Source of the DNA: a bacterium
GTDB lineage: Bacteria > Omnitrophota > Gorgyraeia > Zapsychrales > Zapsychraceae
NCBI GenBank assembly: GCA_030429765.1
Contig: JAUIER010000016.1
Coordinates: 38,017 to 102,016, forward strand
Direction of reading: 5' to 3'
DNA length: 64,000 nucleotides
The notes under the pieces were generated by a model. It was not told the origin of the DNA and made no database searches. It saw only the letters and a list, made by a program, of their open reading frames with translations. The translations under genes and the position numbers were made by a program. This document shows, piece by piece, positions 27,711 through 37,539 of the stretch (position 1 is the stretch's first letter; each line of letters begins with the position of its first letter).

Positions 27711-28862
27711 TTGGACGAAAACAATTCAGTAAAATTTGACAAGCCCTTGTATATCCTGATTGTCGAGGATAACCAGGTTGACCTTCGCCTGTTGCAGGGG
27801 ATGCTCGCGGTATCAGAAAATTCCACTGAGCGGTTGAAGTGGACAAACACGGTGAAAGGGGCGTTGGAGTTATTATCAGCGCATGATTTCGATGCCGTAG
27901 TTTTGGATTTGAATCTCCCGGATTTACGGGGGACCGAGACCATTCGGCGGGTCAATGAACTCTTTCCCGACATTGCGGTGGTCGTCAACACAGGCGAATA
28001 CGAAGAAGAGTTGGGGATAGAGGCGTTGGAATATGGGGCGCAGGATTTTCTGGTCAAGGGACGGTACAACGGATACACATTGCTTAAGTCGCTGCACTAT
28101 GCGGTTAAACGTAAGCGACTAGAGACGCAGGTGCTTGAGGCCTATGGGCAGCTCAAGGAGGCTCAAGGTCAGTTGATCCAGGTAGAGAAAATGAAGGTCA
28201 TCGGCGGGATCGCCAGCGGTGTGGCGCATGAAGTCCGCAATCCTTTGGCGGCGATCAAGTATGGCATTCAGTATCTCAATGAAAAATCAACGGATCGTAG
28301 CGAGGATATCGTCAAGGTGTTGGAGAGTATGGAGGATTCAGTAAATCGGGCGAACGATATTATCACAGACCTGCTGGATTTCAGCGGATTATCCAATTTG
28401 GAACAGCAATCTGAAAGTTTAAATGTCTCGGTCCTTAAATCTTTGGCGCTGGTGAATCATGCAATCTCTAAAAAAGAAATCGCCGTAGACAAGCAAATTG
28501 ATATTAACTTGCCGAATGTCAAGATTGACCGCAATAGGATTGAGCAGGTGATTATCAACTTGCTGTTGAACTCCATCAATTTTGTAGAAAATGGAGGCAA
28601 GATAACAGTCAAGACTTACACGGATGACAATCATGTTTATCTGGATGTCATTGACAATGGCAAGGGAATTGACGATTCGATCAAGAAAAGAATTTTTGAT
28701 CCGTTCTTCACCACGCGGCGGGCCAATGGCGGAGTCGGCCTGGGTCTGTCGATTTGTAAAAACATCATGGATGTGCACGGAGGAAAAATTGAAGTGCAGA
28801 ACAACCCGGACGCCGGCGTTACGGCCCGTTTGGTATTTCCTGTCCTCACCGCCGCCTCATAG
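27711..28862 (+). CDS. Hybrid response regulator-histidine kinase (REC-HisKA-HATPase)
   Basis: LIVED, LDLNLPD, AHEVRNPL, NLLLNS, DNGKG, PFFTT, GVGLGL. Confidence 0.93.
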   Translation: MDENNSVKFDKPLYILIVEDNQVDLRLLQGMLAVSENSTERLKWTNTVKGALELLSAHDFDAVVLDLNLPDLRGTETIRRVNELFPDIAVVVNTGEYEEELGIEALEYGAQDFLVKGRYNGYTLLKSLHYAVKRKRLETQVLEAYGQLKEAQGQLIQVEKMKVIGGIASGVAHEVRNPLAAIKYGIQYLNEKSTDRSEDIVKVLESMEDSVNRANDIITDLLDFSGLSNLEQQSESLNVSVLKSLALVNHAISKKEIAVDKQIDINLPNVKIDRNRIEQVIINLLLNSINFVENGGKITVKTYTDDNHVYLDVIDNGKGIDDSIKKRIFDPFFTTRRANGGVGLGLSICKNIMDVHGGKIEVQNNPDAGVTARLVFPVLTAAS

Positions 28863-28946
28863 CGGCGCACTAAAAATCCCATTTATGTCTCGCGCACGGC
28901 GTGTGTGCGTCAGTGTTCAACATCAATCATCTTTTGAGGAACCACT

Positions 28947-29516
28947 ATGAAAAAGTCATCCAAGAATGACAAGCCCAAGAAGGTCAAGAGTCCTTACATC
29001 AAGGTTAAAAAGTCAAAGATTCACGGAACTGGAATCTATGCGAAGACAGATATCCCGGCCGGCACGCGTGTGATCGAATATGTAGGGGAGCGTGTTACCA
29101 AGAAAGAATCGGATCGCAGGGCGCAAACGCCTTTGGAAAACAATGCCGAGAACGAAGAGATGGGAGCTGTTTACCTTTTTGAAATCAACAAGCGTTATGA
29201 TCTGGATGGATATGTTCCATATAATACCGCGCGATTTATCAATCATTCGTGTGATCCCAATTGCGAATCGGATATTATCAAAGGACGCGTGTATATCATC
29301 GCAATTCGGGATATCAAAAAGGGTGAGGAAATCTTTTACAATTACAACTACTCTTGGGAAGACTACGAAGATCATCCGTGCTACTGCGGGACAAAACGCT
29401 GTGTGGGATTCATACTCGCTGAAGAATATTGGCCGAAACTCAAGCGAAAACTCAAAAAAAAGCGTGAAGCCAAGCAGAAAAAAAGCAAAAAAGGCGAGAA
29501 AAATAACAAAAAATAA
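28947..29516 (+). CDS. SET-domain lysine methyltransferase with post-SET Cys motif
   Basis: SKIHGTG, IEYVGE, RFINHSCDPN, EEIFYNY, CYCGTKRC. Lys-rich termini. Confidence 0.92.
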   Translation: MKKSSKNDKPKKVKSPYIKVKKSKIHGTGIYAKTDIPAGTRVIEYVGERVTKKESDRRAQTPLENNAENEEMGAVYLFEINKRYDLDGYVPYNTARFINHSCDPNCESDIIKGRVYIIAIRDIKKGEEIFYNYNYSWEDYEDHPCYCGTKRCVGFILAEEYWPKLKRKLKKKREAKQKKSKKGEKNNKK

Positions 29517-29656
29517 TTTCCAAGATTTTCGTAAATTGTTGTTATTAATATGTTTAGGTTGTTTTGTGTTTCTTGATGAATCGAATATTAGGTGGTATAC
29601 TTAGTTTCAATTTGATGTAAACTAAAATATTACCAATAAAGGATTTATGGTTAATC

Positions 29657-32128
29657 ATGAAAAATACAGCCAACCTAATTCGACTCGTAGTTATTTTTTC
29701 ACTTATCTTTGCGCCAGCTGTTCCTCACGCGCAAGAATCTCCAGATAAAATTGCCGACTCATTCTATGAGCACGGCCTTAAACTGCTCGAAAGCGGTGAC
29801 TACAACGCTGCAATCAATGATTTCAGCCGAGCGTTTCTGCTCAATCCTCAAGATCCCAAATTATATCAGGCCCTCAAATCCCTGGCTCGCGACCGAAATG
29901 TTCCCGCGGCCCAAAAGATGGAGCTGATCCTGCTTGAAGATTTGTTGGGATATACCAACAAACTCCAGGAAAAACGCGACTATTTCCGCTATAAGCGTAA
30001 TGTATTAGGGGAAGAGTTGATCAACAAGGGGTTCGATCGATCTTTTTTTGAGGAAGAGATGATGGCGATGCAGCAGGGCGTCTTTGAAGATTACAGTGTC
30101 GAAGAGCAGGCAATCCAGGAGCGCTACGCCAAGGGTGAAGATCCGGTCAAGGTGATCCACGCTTCCATCCAGTTGGAGAATGAAAGGCTGCAGAAAGAGA
30201 TTGACCTGTACGAACGGCAATTTGGTCATTTAAGGGAAATCAATGCCCAGAATGGTTACATCGAAGGAGAATTGGTATATTTAAGTCCATCCGAATTCAG
30301 CCGTAAACAGAAATTTTATGATGCCGATGGCAAACGGTTACCGGTAGATGTAGCGCCGGTTCAGATCGCTGCTCAGGACCTCAACAGTATCGATGGTATC
30401 AGTTATCTGCTTGATGAAGCCAAGACGCAGATCGACAACATGAAAATGGTAGTAGACGGCCGTGATGATAAAATTCAGCAATTATCGCAGGAAGTCGTTG
30501 ATCTGTCACTTGAGCTTACCGAAAGCCGTGCCAATGAGAGCTTCAAAGATCAGGAAATCACTGAACTCAAGGATGTCATTGTCGAATTTGAAACCAAGAG
30601 TTTGTTGTCTCAGCGCATGGAGCAGAATTTCAGCAAGCTCAAGAGCGATCTGGCCAAGCGGGATGAAATGATCCAGGAAAAAGATCAGAAAATCTCCGAT
30701 ATGGGCTATGAAATCGAAGACAAAGACCGAAACATCGAAGAGCTCAGCCAGCAAATCCAGGAATTGGTCTCCAAAAGCGACAGTCTTCAGAAAGACCTCG
30801 AAGAACGTGATCTGCAGATATCAAATTACGAAGCGCAAATTCAGGAATTAGAAGCCAGCGCGGCCAAGCTTCAGGAGTATCAGGATGAAGTTTGGAAGTT
30901 GCGACATGAGCTGACCAAGGCGCGTGAAGGTCAAGGCGAGCTGACGGAAGTCCGTTCTCAATTGGCTCAAACGGAGCAGGAATTGGCGATGAAGGATGAA
31001 CTGCTTGCACAGAAAGATCAGACAGTTAATGATCTTAACCAGCAATTAGCTGATCTGGAAATCAAGTTCGCCCAAAGTCAGCAAATTATTGCCGAAAAAG
31101 AGGCATTGCTTGAGAGTCAGTCCGTTGAGTTGGCCGGCAGCCGCGATATGTTTGATTCGCAATTGATGGCCAAAGACGGTGAGATTCAGGAACTCAATAA
31201 AATTCTTGAGGAATATAGAGACAAATTAGCAAACGTTGATAAAATGTTAAATGAAAAAGACGCCAGCATGGCATCGCTTCAGGAAGAACTTACCGGGATT
31301 CGCGGTAAGCTGATCAAGGACGAGGAAAATCGTTTTGTTATCAGTGAAGCGGATGTAGCCAAGAAGGATGAAATGATTGCCGAGAAAGAGGCCGAACTGG
31401 CTGAACTTTCGCAAATGGTATCAGTCTACAAATCCAATCTGGCCAAGGCCAACAAAGACATCAATTACCAGAAACAGCAGATTGATGAACTGACCAAAGA
31501 GTTGGCCAATCTCGACAATAAAATGATGTCGAGAGATCGATTGTCGCGGGAAAAATTGAATCACATCAAACTTCTGAAAGATATGCTTAAACGCGAGAAG
31601 GAAAAGCGGGATGAGCGAAATCAGAAGCTTCGCGAAATCGTTAAAGAGAAGGTCCTTGAAATTGAAGAGCTTGAAGGGATGCTTGATGTATACAAGAGCA
31701 AGCTCAAAGATCGACATTTCGTGGCTGAAGAGCGTGAGCAATTGATGGCCAATATGGAAAATCAATTGCAAAGCACATTGATGATGCTCAACAGCAAATC
31801 AGATGTGATCAACAAGACGCATCACAATTTGAGTGTCCTTCAGGATCAGCTTAACGAAATAAATGACAGTTTGATTGCGATCCAGAACGGCAGTTCAGGG
31901 AGCGATCAGGCGGATGTAGATGAAGAAATCAATCGGTTACAGCTTAAGATAGATGACATCAATACGTTTCTTCAAGGCGAAATTCAAACGATTGAAAGCG
32001 ATAAACACATGTCAGACGCCGATGAATCATCTGAACTGGATGTTGTTGACGACATCCAGTTGGATTCAGAGCTGGACAGTGTGAACATCGACGCTCAAGA
32101 TCTTGAACTAGATTTAGATCATATATAA
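29657..32128 (+). CDS. Exported TPR + long coiled-coil protein
   Basis: Signal peptide ending PHA. TPR-like FYEHGLKLLESGDYNAAINDFSRAFLLNP. Several hundred residues of E/K/Q/L heptads and an acidic tail. Confidence 0.8.
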   Translation: MKNTANLIRLVVIFSLIFAPAVPHAQESPDKIADSFYEHGLKLLESGDYNAAINDFSRAFLLNPQDPKLYQALKSLARDRNVPAAQKMELILLEDLLGYTNKLQEKRDYFRYKRNVLGEELINKGFDRSFFEEEMMAMQQGVFEDYSVEEQAIQERYAKGEDPVKVIHASIQLENERLQKEIDLYERQFGHLREINAQNGYIEGELVYLSPSEFSRKQKFYDADGKRLPVDVAPVQIAAQDLNSIDGISYLLDEAKTQIDNMKMVVDGRDDKIQQLSQEVVDLSLELTESRANESFKDQEITELKDVIVEFETKSLLSQRMEQNFSKLKSDLAKRDEMIQEKDQKISDMGYEIEDKDRNIEELSQQIQELVSKSDSLQKDLEERDLQISNYEAQIQELEASAAKLQEYQDEVWKLRHELTKAREGQGELTEVRSQLAQTEQELAMKDELLAQKDQTVNDLNQQLADLEIKFAQSQQIIAEKEALLESQSVELAGSRDMFDSQLMAKDGEIQELNKILEEYRDKLANVDKMLNEKDASMASLQEELTGIRGKLIKDEENRFVISEADVAKKDEMIAEKEAELAELSQMVSVYKSNLAKANKDINYQKQQIDELTKELANLDNKMMSRDRLSREKLNHIKLLKDMLKREKEKRDERNQKLREIVKEKVLEIEELEGMLDVYKSKLKDRHFVAEEREQLMANMENQLQSTLMMLNSKSDVINKTHHNLSVLQDQLNEINDSLIAIQNGSSGSDQADVDEEINRLQLKIDDINTFLQGEIQTIESDKHMSDADESSELDVVDDIQLDSELDSVNIDAQDLELDLDHI

Positions 32129-32139
32129 GAAACAACCCA

Positions 32140-33639
32140 ATGCCCAAACTGAAATGTTTTGGACTTGTTTGTGTCATCTTTGCGGCTCTGTGTCCACTAG
32201 CAGCAGCCGAACAACCTGTAGAGTCCGTCGTTAAAATTTTCGTAACATCCAACAAGATGGATTTCTATCGGCCGTGGCAATCCCACGGCATCTCGTCTTC
32301 CAGCGGCTCGGGCGCGATCATCTACGGTCAACGCATTCTCACCAACGCCCATGTGGTCTCTGATCACACCTTTATCCAAGTTAAAAAACACAACGATCCC
32401 AAAAAGTACACGGCCAAGGTTATTGCGATCGGCTCGGATTGTGATTTGGCGTTGCTATCGGTCGAAGATGAAGACTTCTTCGAAGGGACACGTCCATTAG
32501 AGTACGGCGGTCTGCCCAAGCTGCAGGACACGGTTACTGTTTTGGGATTTCCGCAGGGCGGAGAGAAGTTGTCGATCACAGAGGGGGTTGTCTCCCGAAT
32601 TGAAGTTTCGTCCTACGCCTTGAGTTCCCGCAAGTTGTTGAGTGTGCAGATTGATGCCGCCATCAATCCAGGTAACAGCGGCGGCCCGGTGACGCAGGAC
32701 GGAAAAATGGTGGGGATTGCGATGCAGGTGCTGAACTCCGGCCAGAATATCGGCTATATGATCCCGATTCCGATCATCAGTCATTTTTTTGAGGACCTTG
32801 AGGACGGGGAGTATGATGGATTCCCGATGCTGGGGATCAATTATGGTAACACCGAAAATGACCATTTACGCAGCTTTTATCAGGCCTCCGATATCGAGGG
32901 CGGCGTCATCATTACCAAGATCCTGCCGTTTTCGTCGGCGGACAAAAAGCTTAACGAAGGTGATATTATCCTTGCGATCGACGGAGTGCCGATCGGCGAA
33001 GACGGGACCTTTGTGTTTCGCGGCAATGAACGTTTAACGTTGCCGCATCTGATTTCAAACAAGCAAATCGGTGAAAAGATCGAATTTAGCATCTGGCGGG
33101 ACGGACAGGCCCAGACACTTTTTGTGGATGTCGAGAAATTTACGACACTTGTACCTCCGCCTGATCATTTTGAAAAGCCGACGTACTTTATTTATGGAGG
33201 ATTGGTGTTTACCATCTTAAGTGCCGACTTAATCCACGCTTGGGGTAAGCGCTGGTGGGAGCAGGGCCCCGTGAACCTTACCTATTTCATCGTCGGCAAC
33301 GGTCGTCTTAATGCTGAGATGGACCAGGAAAAAGTTGTGCTGCTGAATGTGTTGTCAGATGATATCAACGTGGGATATCATGGTCAGGGCAATGAGATCA
33401 TCGAATCCATCAATGGGGAAGAGTTTAAGTCTTTCCGTGAGTTCGTGCAACTCATTGACCGGGCGAAGCGGACGAGTCCGTATACCATCATCAAAAATAG
33501 CGCCGGCGGCAAGTACATCATCGCCAACGAAGATATCGACGCCATCGATCAAGCGATCATCAAGCGTAATAATATTCCCGCCCGGTTTTCAGAAGATGTC
33601 GGCGGATGGCTTGGTATCGAACCTGCCAAAGAAGAGTAA
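32140..33639 (+). CDS. HtrA/Deg family serine protease (Deg2-like, PDZ domains)
   Basis: ILTNAHVV, DLALL, AAINPGNSGGP, then two PDZ-like regions. Confidence 0.92.
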   Translation: MPKLKCFGLVCVIFAALCPLAAAEQPVESVVKIFVTSNKMDFYRPWQSHGISSSSGSGAIIYGQRILTNAHVVSDHTFIQVKKHNDPKKYTAKVIAIGSDCDLALLSVEDEDFFEGTRPLEYGGLPKLQDTVTVLGFPQGGEKLSITEGVVSRIEVSSYALSSRKLLSVQIDAAINPGNSGGPVTQDGKMVGIAMQVLNSGQNIGYMIPIPIISHFFEDLEDGEYDGFPMLGINYGNTENDHLRSFYQASDIEGGVIITKILPFSSADKKLNEGDIILAIDGVPIGEDGTFVFRGNERLTLPHLISNKQIGEKIEFSIWRDGQAQTLFVDVEKFTTLVPPPDHFEKPTYFIYGGLVFTILSADLIHAWGKRWWEQGPVNLTYFIVGNGRLNAEMDQEKVVLLNVLSDDINVGYHGQGNEIIESINGEEFKSFREFVQLIDRAKRTSPYTIIKNSAGGKYIIANEDIDAIDQAIIKRNNIPARFSEDVGGWLGIEPAKEE

Positions 33640-33640
33640 T

Positions 33641-34591
33641 ATGGCCCATCGAATAGATGAATCACATAAGTTCAGAGATTTTGTTCACCTTGTGATGAAG
33701 GGGATGTGCATGGGAATCGCCGAGATTATTCCGGGGATCTCCGGCGGAACAATCGCCTTTTTGCTGGGCATCTATGAAAATTTCATCAACGCCATCAAGT
33801 CATTCAATATCCATTTTTTTCAGGCGCTTCTGCGGTTTAAAATCCGAGAAGCCTTCGGCATGGTGGCCTGGCGCTTCCTATTTGCCTTGGTTGTCGGTAT
33901 GGGTATCTCGATTATTCTCTTGTCCCACGCGATCAGCTGGATGATTGAATATCATCCGGTGTACATCTTTTCGTTCTTTTTCGGATTGATCCTCGCCACG
34001 GTTCCGCTGATCGCGCGGATGATCGAGCATTGGAATCCATTCAAGGTAATCGTTTTTATCGGGGTTGCGATTGCGACTTATTTCTTTGTCGGCCTGGTGC
34101 CGATGCAGACACCGGAAACCGCCTGGTTTGTGTTTTTGTGCGGGGCCATTGCGATTAGTGCCATGATTCTGCCGGGTATCTCCGGATCATTTGTGCTCCT
34201 TTTGCTGGGCAAATATCACTATGTTCTCAACGCCGTGAACCAGCGTGATTTCTTGACGATTATCATTTTTATGCTGGGAATTGTCGTGGGCGTCCTGACG
34301 TTTGTCCGTGTGCTTAGTTGGCTGTTTCATCGATACCATGACATGACACTTTGTGTGCTGACAGGCTTCGTTGTTGGGTCGCTCAACAAGATCTGGCCAT
34401 GGAAGAAGACGTTGCGGAGTATGGAAGGGCGGCACGGCGAAATGATCCCAATTGAGCAATTCAATCAGTGGCCGAGTGTCTTTGATCACACCGTGATGAT
34501 CGCCGTATTAGCCATGTTGCTGGGATTCATTTTGGCGATTATCATCAACGGCGGTAATACCAGTTCATTCCGCGGCATAAATAGGGCTTGA
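33641..34591 (+). CDS. DUF368 membrane protein (undecaprenyl-phosphate translocase family)
   Basis: GIAEIIPGISGGTIA and AMILPGISGS repeats, WPWK. Confidence 0.88.
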   Translation: MAHRIDESHKFRDFVHLVMKGMCMGIAEIIPGISGGTIAFLLGIYENFINAIKSFNIHFFQALLRFKIREAFGMVAWRFLFALVVGMGISIILLSHAISWMIEYHPVYIFSFFFGLILATVPLIARMIEHWNPFKVIVFIGVAIATYFFVGLVPMQTPETAWFVFLCGAIAISAMILPGISGSFVLLLLGKYHYVLNAVNQRDFLTIIIFMLGIVVGVLTFVRVLSWLFHRYHDMTLCVLTGFVVGSLNKIWPWKKTLRSMEGRHGEMIPIEQFNQWPSVFDHTVMIAVLAMLLGFILAIIINGGNTSSFRGINRA

Positions 34592-34768
34592 CAGTCCATT
34601 CGCACAACGATAGAATTTTTTAGTTTTTGGGAAAAGCATTGACGTTTTTCCTGTTTACATTTTTCTGGGCAACGAAGTCCTTCTTTACATATATTCACGT
34701 CATTCGTGTATATACGTTCGGAAGGATTTTTTTATATACAGAAGATGTCCAATAAAAAGGGGGGATAA

Positions 34769-36103
34769 ATGAATCGAACATTGTTAATGATGTTGACAAT
34801 GGCCACGGGATTGCTGTGTGTCCCGGGTTTGAGTTTTGCCGCTGAAGAAATTGGTCCGGATTCGGGGATTACCGCTTGGATGATTACATCCACGGCCCTT
34901 GTATTATTGATGGTTCCCGGTCTGGCCTTGTTTTATGGTGGTCTGGTTAGAACAAAGAATGTCTTGGGGACGATGATGCACAGTTTCGCCTCGATGGCAA
35001 TTGTCGGGGTGCTCTGGGCTGTCTGCGGCTATGCCTTGAGTTTTGGCCCTAATGTCCTGGGCGGCTGGATCGGATGGGACAGCAGTCTGCTGTTTCTTGA
35101 AGGTCTGGACAATGCCTATAGTGAAGGTGGTATTCCTGATTACGTGTTTGCGATGTTTCAGGGTAAATTTGCCATTATCACACCTGCCTTAATCGCCGGC
35201 GCGTTCGCCGAGCGAGTTAAATTCAAGAGTTATTGTATTTTTATCGTTTTGTGGATCCTGTTTGTCTACTGTCCGCTGTGCCATTGGGTTTGGGCGGAAG
35301 ATGGATTCCTTTACAATATGGGAGCGGATGGCGCCATCGACTTTGCCGGAGGTACCGTTGTGCACATTTCATCCGGAATCAGCGCGCTTGTGATTGCGCT
35401 TTACATCGGGGCTCGACGAGGATATCCAAGAACGGCGATGCACCCGAATAACCTGGTCTTCACATTACTTGGAGCCGGATTGCTCTGGGTGGGATGGTTT
35501 GGATTCAATGCCGGTAGTTCGGTTAATAGTGGTTTGGATACAGCTCGAGCCCTCACCGTCACTCAGGTGGCCGGAGCCAGCGGGGCGTTGATGTGGATGC
35601 TGATTGAGGCCTTAAAGCATGGTAAAGCGACGAGTTTGGGATTGGCCAGTGGGATTCTGGCCGGACTTGTGGTTATCACACCGGCTGCCGGTGTCGTTCA
35701 AGTCCCAGCCGCGATCATTTTAGGTTTCATTGCTTCCGTCGTGAGCTATTCGGCTATTCAGCTGAAAACGAAATTGGGTTATGACGATACGCTGGATGTG
35801 TTCGGTATTCACGGTGTATCCGGAATTGTCGGGGCTCTTGGACTTACATTTTTTATTCGTGAGGAATGGATGGCTGAGGCCGCCGCCAATGTCAGCGGAG
35901 GAACATGGACCGTGATGCAGCAATTCGGCGTTCAGTTGGCTGCGACGGGAATCACAATCGGTTACACGGTTGTTGTCACACTGGCGATCACATTCTTGGT
36001 GGATAAACTCTGCGGGTTCCGTATTTCTGAAAAAGATGAAATGACCGGGCTCGATGAAGCTTGCCACGGGGAACATGGGTACGGACTACTAAACTTAAAT
36101 TAA
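34769..36103 (+). CDS. amtB: Ammonium transporter
   Basis: LMVPGLALFYGG, DFAGGTVVH, WFGFNAGS, DDTLDVFGIHG. Confidence 0.96.
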   Translation: MNRTLLMMLTMATGLLCVPGLSFAAEEIGPDSGITAWMITSTALVLLMVPGLALFYGGLVRTKNVLGTMMHSFASMAIVGVLWAVCGYALSFGPNVLGGWIGWDSSLLFLEGLDNAYSEGGIPDYVFAMFQGKFAIITPALIAGAFAERVKFKSYCIFIVLWILFVYCPLCHWVWAEDGFLYNMGADGAIDFAGGTVVHISSGISALVIALYIGARRGYPRTAMHPNNLVFTLLGAGLLWVGWFGFNAGSSVNSGLDTARALTVTQVAGASGALMWMLIEALKHGKATSLGLASGILAGLVVITPAAGVVQVPAAIILGFIASVVSYSAIQLKTKLGYDDTLDVFGIHGVSGIVGALGLTFFIREEWMAEAAANVSGGTWTVMQQFGVQLAATGITIGYTVVVTLAITFLVDKLCGFRISEKDEMTGLDEACHGEHGYGLLNLN

Positions 36104-36137
36104 TCCAATTATCCGTTTGAGGATAGGGGGTACATAT

Positions 36138-36479
36138 ATGAAAATGATAACCGCAATTATTCAGCCGGATAAGCTCGACGAGGTTTCCGAAGCGCTGATA
36201 AAAAAGGATATCACCCGAATCACGGTCGGGCGGGTAACCGGTCATGGTCAGAAAATTGAGGGGGATCTCTATCGGGGACAGGAAGTCGGGATGGACCTAA
36301 GTCCTAAGATCCGAATTGAGATCGCCTGTAATGATGCGTTCGTCAAAGAAATTTGTGACATCATCATTGAGACAGCCAAACACGACGGAGGGAAGCTTGG
36401 TGACGGCAAGATATTCATCTCGCCGCTTGAGGAGTGTATTCGTATTCGCACCGGACAACGGGGATCCGAGGCGATCTAA
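36138..36479 (+). CDS. glnK: P-II nitrogen regulatory protein
   Basis: MKMITAIIQP, LYRG, GDGKIFI, IRIRTG. Adjacent to amtB. Confidence 0.92.
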   Translation: MKMITAIIQPDKLDEVSEALIKKDITRITVGRVTGHGQKIEGDLYRGQEVGMDLSPKIRIEIACNDAFVKEICDIIIETAKHDGGKLGDGKIFISPLEECIRIRTGQRGSEAI

Positions 36480-36489
36480 TCATTATGTT

Positions 36490-36526
36490 AAACCCGGAAA
36501 GCTGACTTGGCTTTCCGGGTTTTTTT
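36490..36526 (+). terminator. Rho-independent terminator
   Basis: Stem AAACCCGGAAAGC / GCTTTCCGGGTTT with a T tract. Confidence 0.88.
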
Positions 36527-36580
36527 GTAGGTCTTTGACGTTGTAACGGTGTATGGGTATAATATCTCAGTAGGTGAACT

Positions 36581-36952
36581 ATGCTTAATGCTTTTTTTGT
36601 AGGGCTCGGCGGATTTGTCGGATCCATCGGCCGCTACTTATTGATCAATTTTTCCAAACGCCTGTCAGCCGGTCACTGGTTCCCGATCGGTACGTTAACT
36701 GTTAATATCGCGGGATGCTTCCTGATTGGCATATTGGGCGGTTATTTACAGGATCGATCCGATATAGCGGAACATTGGCGATTATTTGTCATTGTCGGTG
36801 TGTTAGGCGGGTTTACTACTTTTTCAACATTTGGTCATGAAACTGTCCATCTCGTTAAATCAACGCAGTCTTTGGGAGCGTTACTCAATATAATTCTGCA
36901 TGTTTCCTTGTGCTTATTTGCGGCATGGTGGGGGCATCATTTAGGGAGGTAA
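36581..36952 (+). CDS. crcB: Fluoride channel FluC/CrcB
   Basis: GGFVGSIGRY, GTLTVN, GGFTTFSTF. Confidence 0.95.
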   Translation: MLNAFFVGLGGFVGSIGRYLLINFSKRLSAGHWFPIGTLTVNIAGCFLIGILGGYLQDRSDIAEHWRLFVIVGVLGGFTTFSTFGHETVHLVKSTQSLGALLNIILHVSLCLFAAWWGHHLGR

Positions 36953-36958
36953 TTTACC

Positions 36959-37381
36959 GTGAAGAAAGTCTTGTTTGTTTGTATCCACAATAGCGCCAGG
37001 AGTCAGATGGCCGAGGCCTATCTCAATCAATTGGGGCAGGGGCAATTTGCTGCGGAGAGTGCCGGGATTGAGCCGGGACAACTCAATCCGGTGGTGGTTG
37101 AGGTTATGGCCGAGGAAGGGATCGACATTGCCGCAAATACCACTAACAGTGTGCAGGAATTTATTGAGGCAGGACGTCAGTATGATTATCTGATAACGGT
37201 TTGTGATGAGGCCAGTGCCGAGCGCTGTCCTGTTTATCCGGGAGCAGGAATCCGCCGTCATATCGGATTTGAAGATCCTTCATCTCTGGCGGGATCCGCA
37301 GAAGAAAGGCTTCAGCAAACCCGTAAGATTCGGGATCAAATAAAACGCGAAATAGAGGCGTTTATACAGTCGGAGACATAG
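36959..37381 (+). CDS. arsC: Arsenate reductase, LMW-PTP type
   Basis: CIHNSARSQMAE, TVCD...ERCP, FEDP. Confidence 0.9.
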   Translation: MKKVLFVCIHNSARSQMAEAYLNQLGQGQFAAESAGIEPGQLNPVVVEVMAEEGIDIAANTTNSVQEFIEAGRQYDYLITVCDEASAERCPVYPGAGIRRHIGFEDPSSLAGSAEERLQQTRKIRDQIKREIEAFIQSET

Positions 37382-37539
37382 TTGGGTTGAAGCTGAGAGA
37401 GCGATGGCGGCTTAATTGGTTCGGAGTATCGAAATTTACATAAGTATATAAATTACAGTAGTTTATGTAATTATTTGGTTCGGAGGGGTGGAAATGGAGG
37501 TTAAATTTGTGCTATACTGTACAGAAAAAGGGAAACCAG

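Noticed and set aside
33347-33640. N-terminal extension of the DUF368 ORF in the track
   Set aside because: It overlaps the HtrA gene. The family-like sequence begins near ATG 33641.
36465-36493. TTATGTTAAAC resembling the XerD arm of a dif site
   Set aside because: There is no XerC arm at the right spacing, and the sequence overlaps the terminator stem.
36527-36580. Fluoride riboswitch upstream of crcB
   Set aside because: No GGCGATGG...CTGATG consensus is present, only a promoter-like TTGACG/TATAAT.
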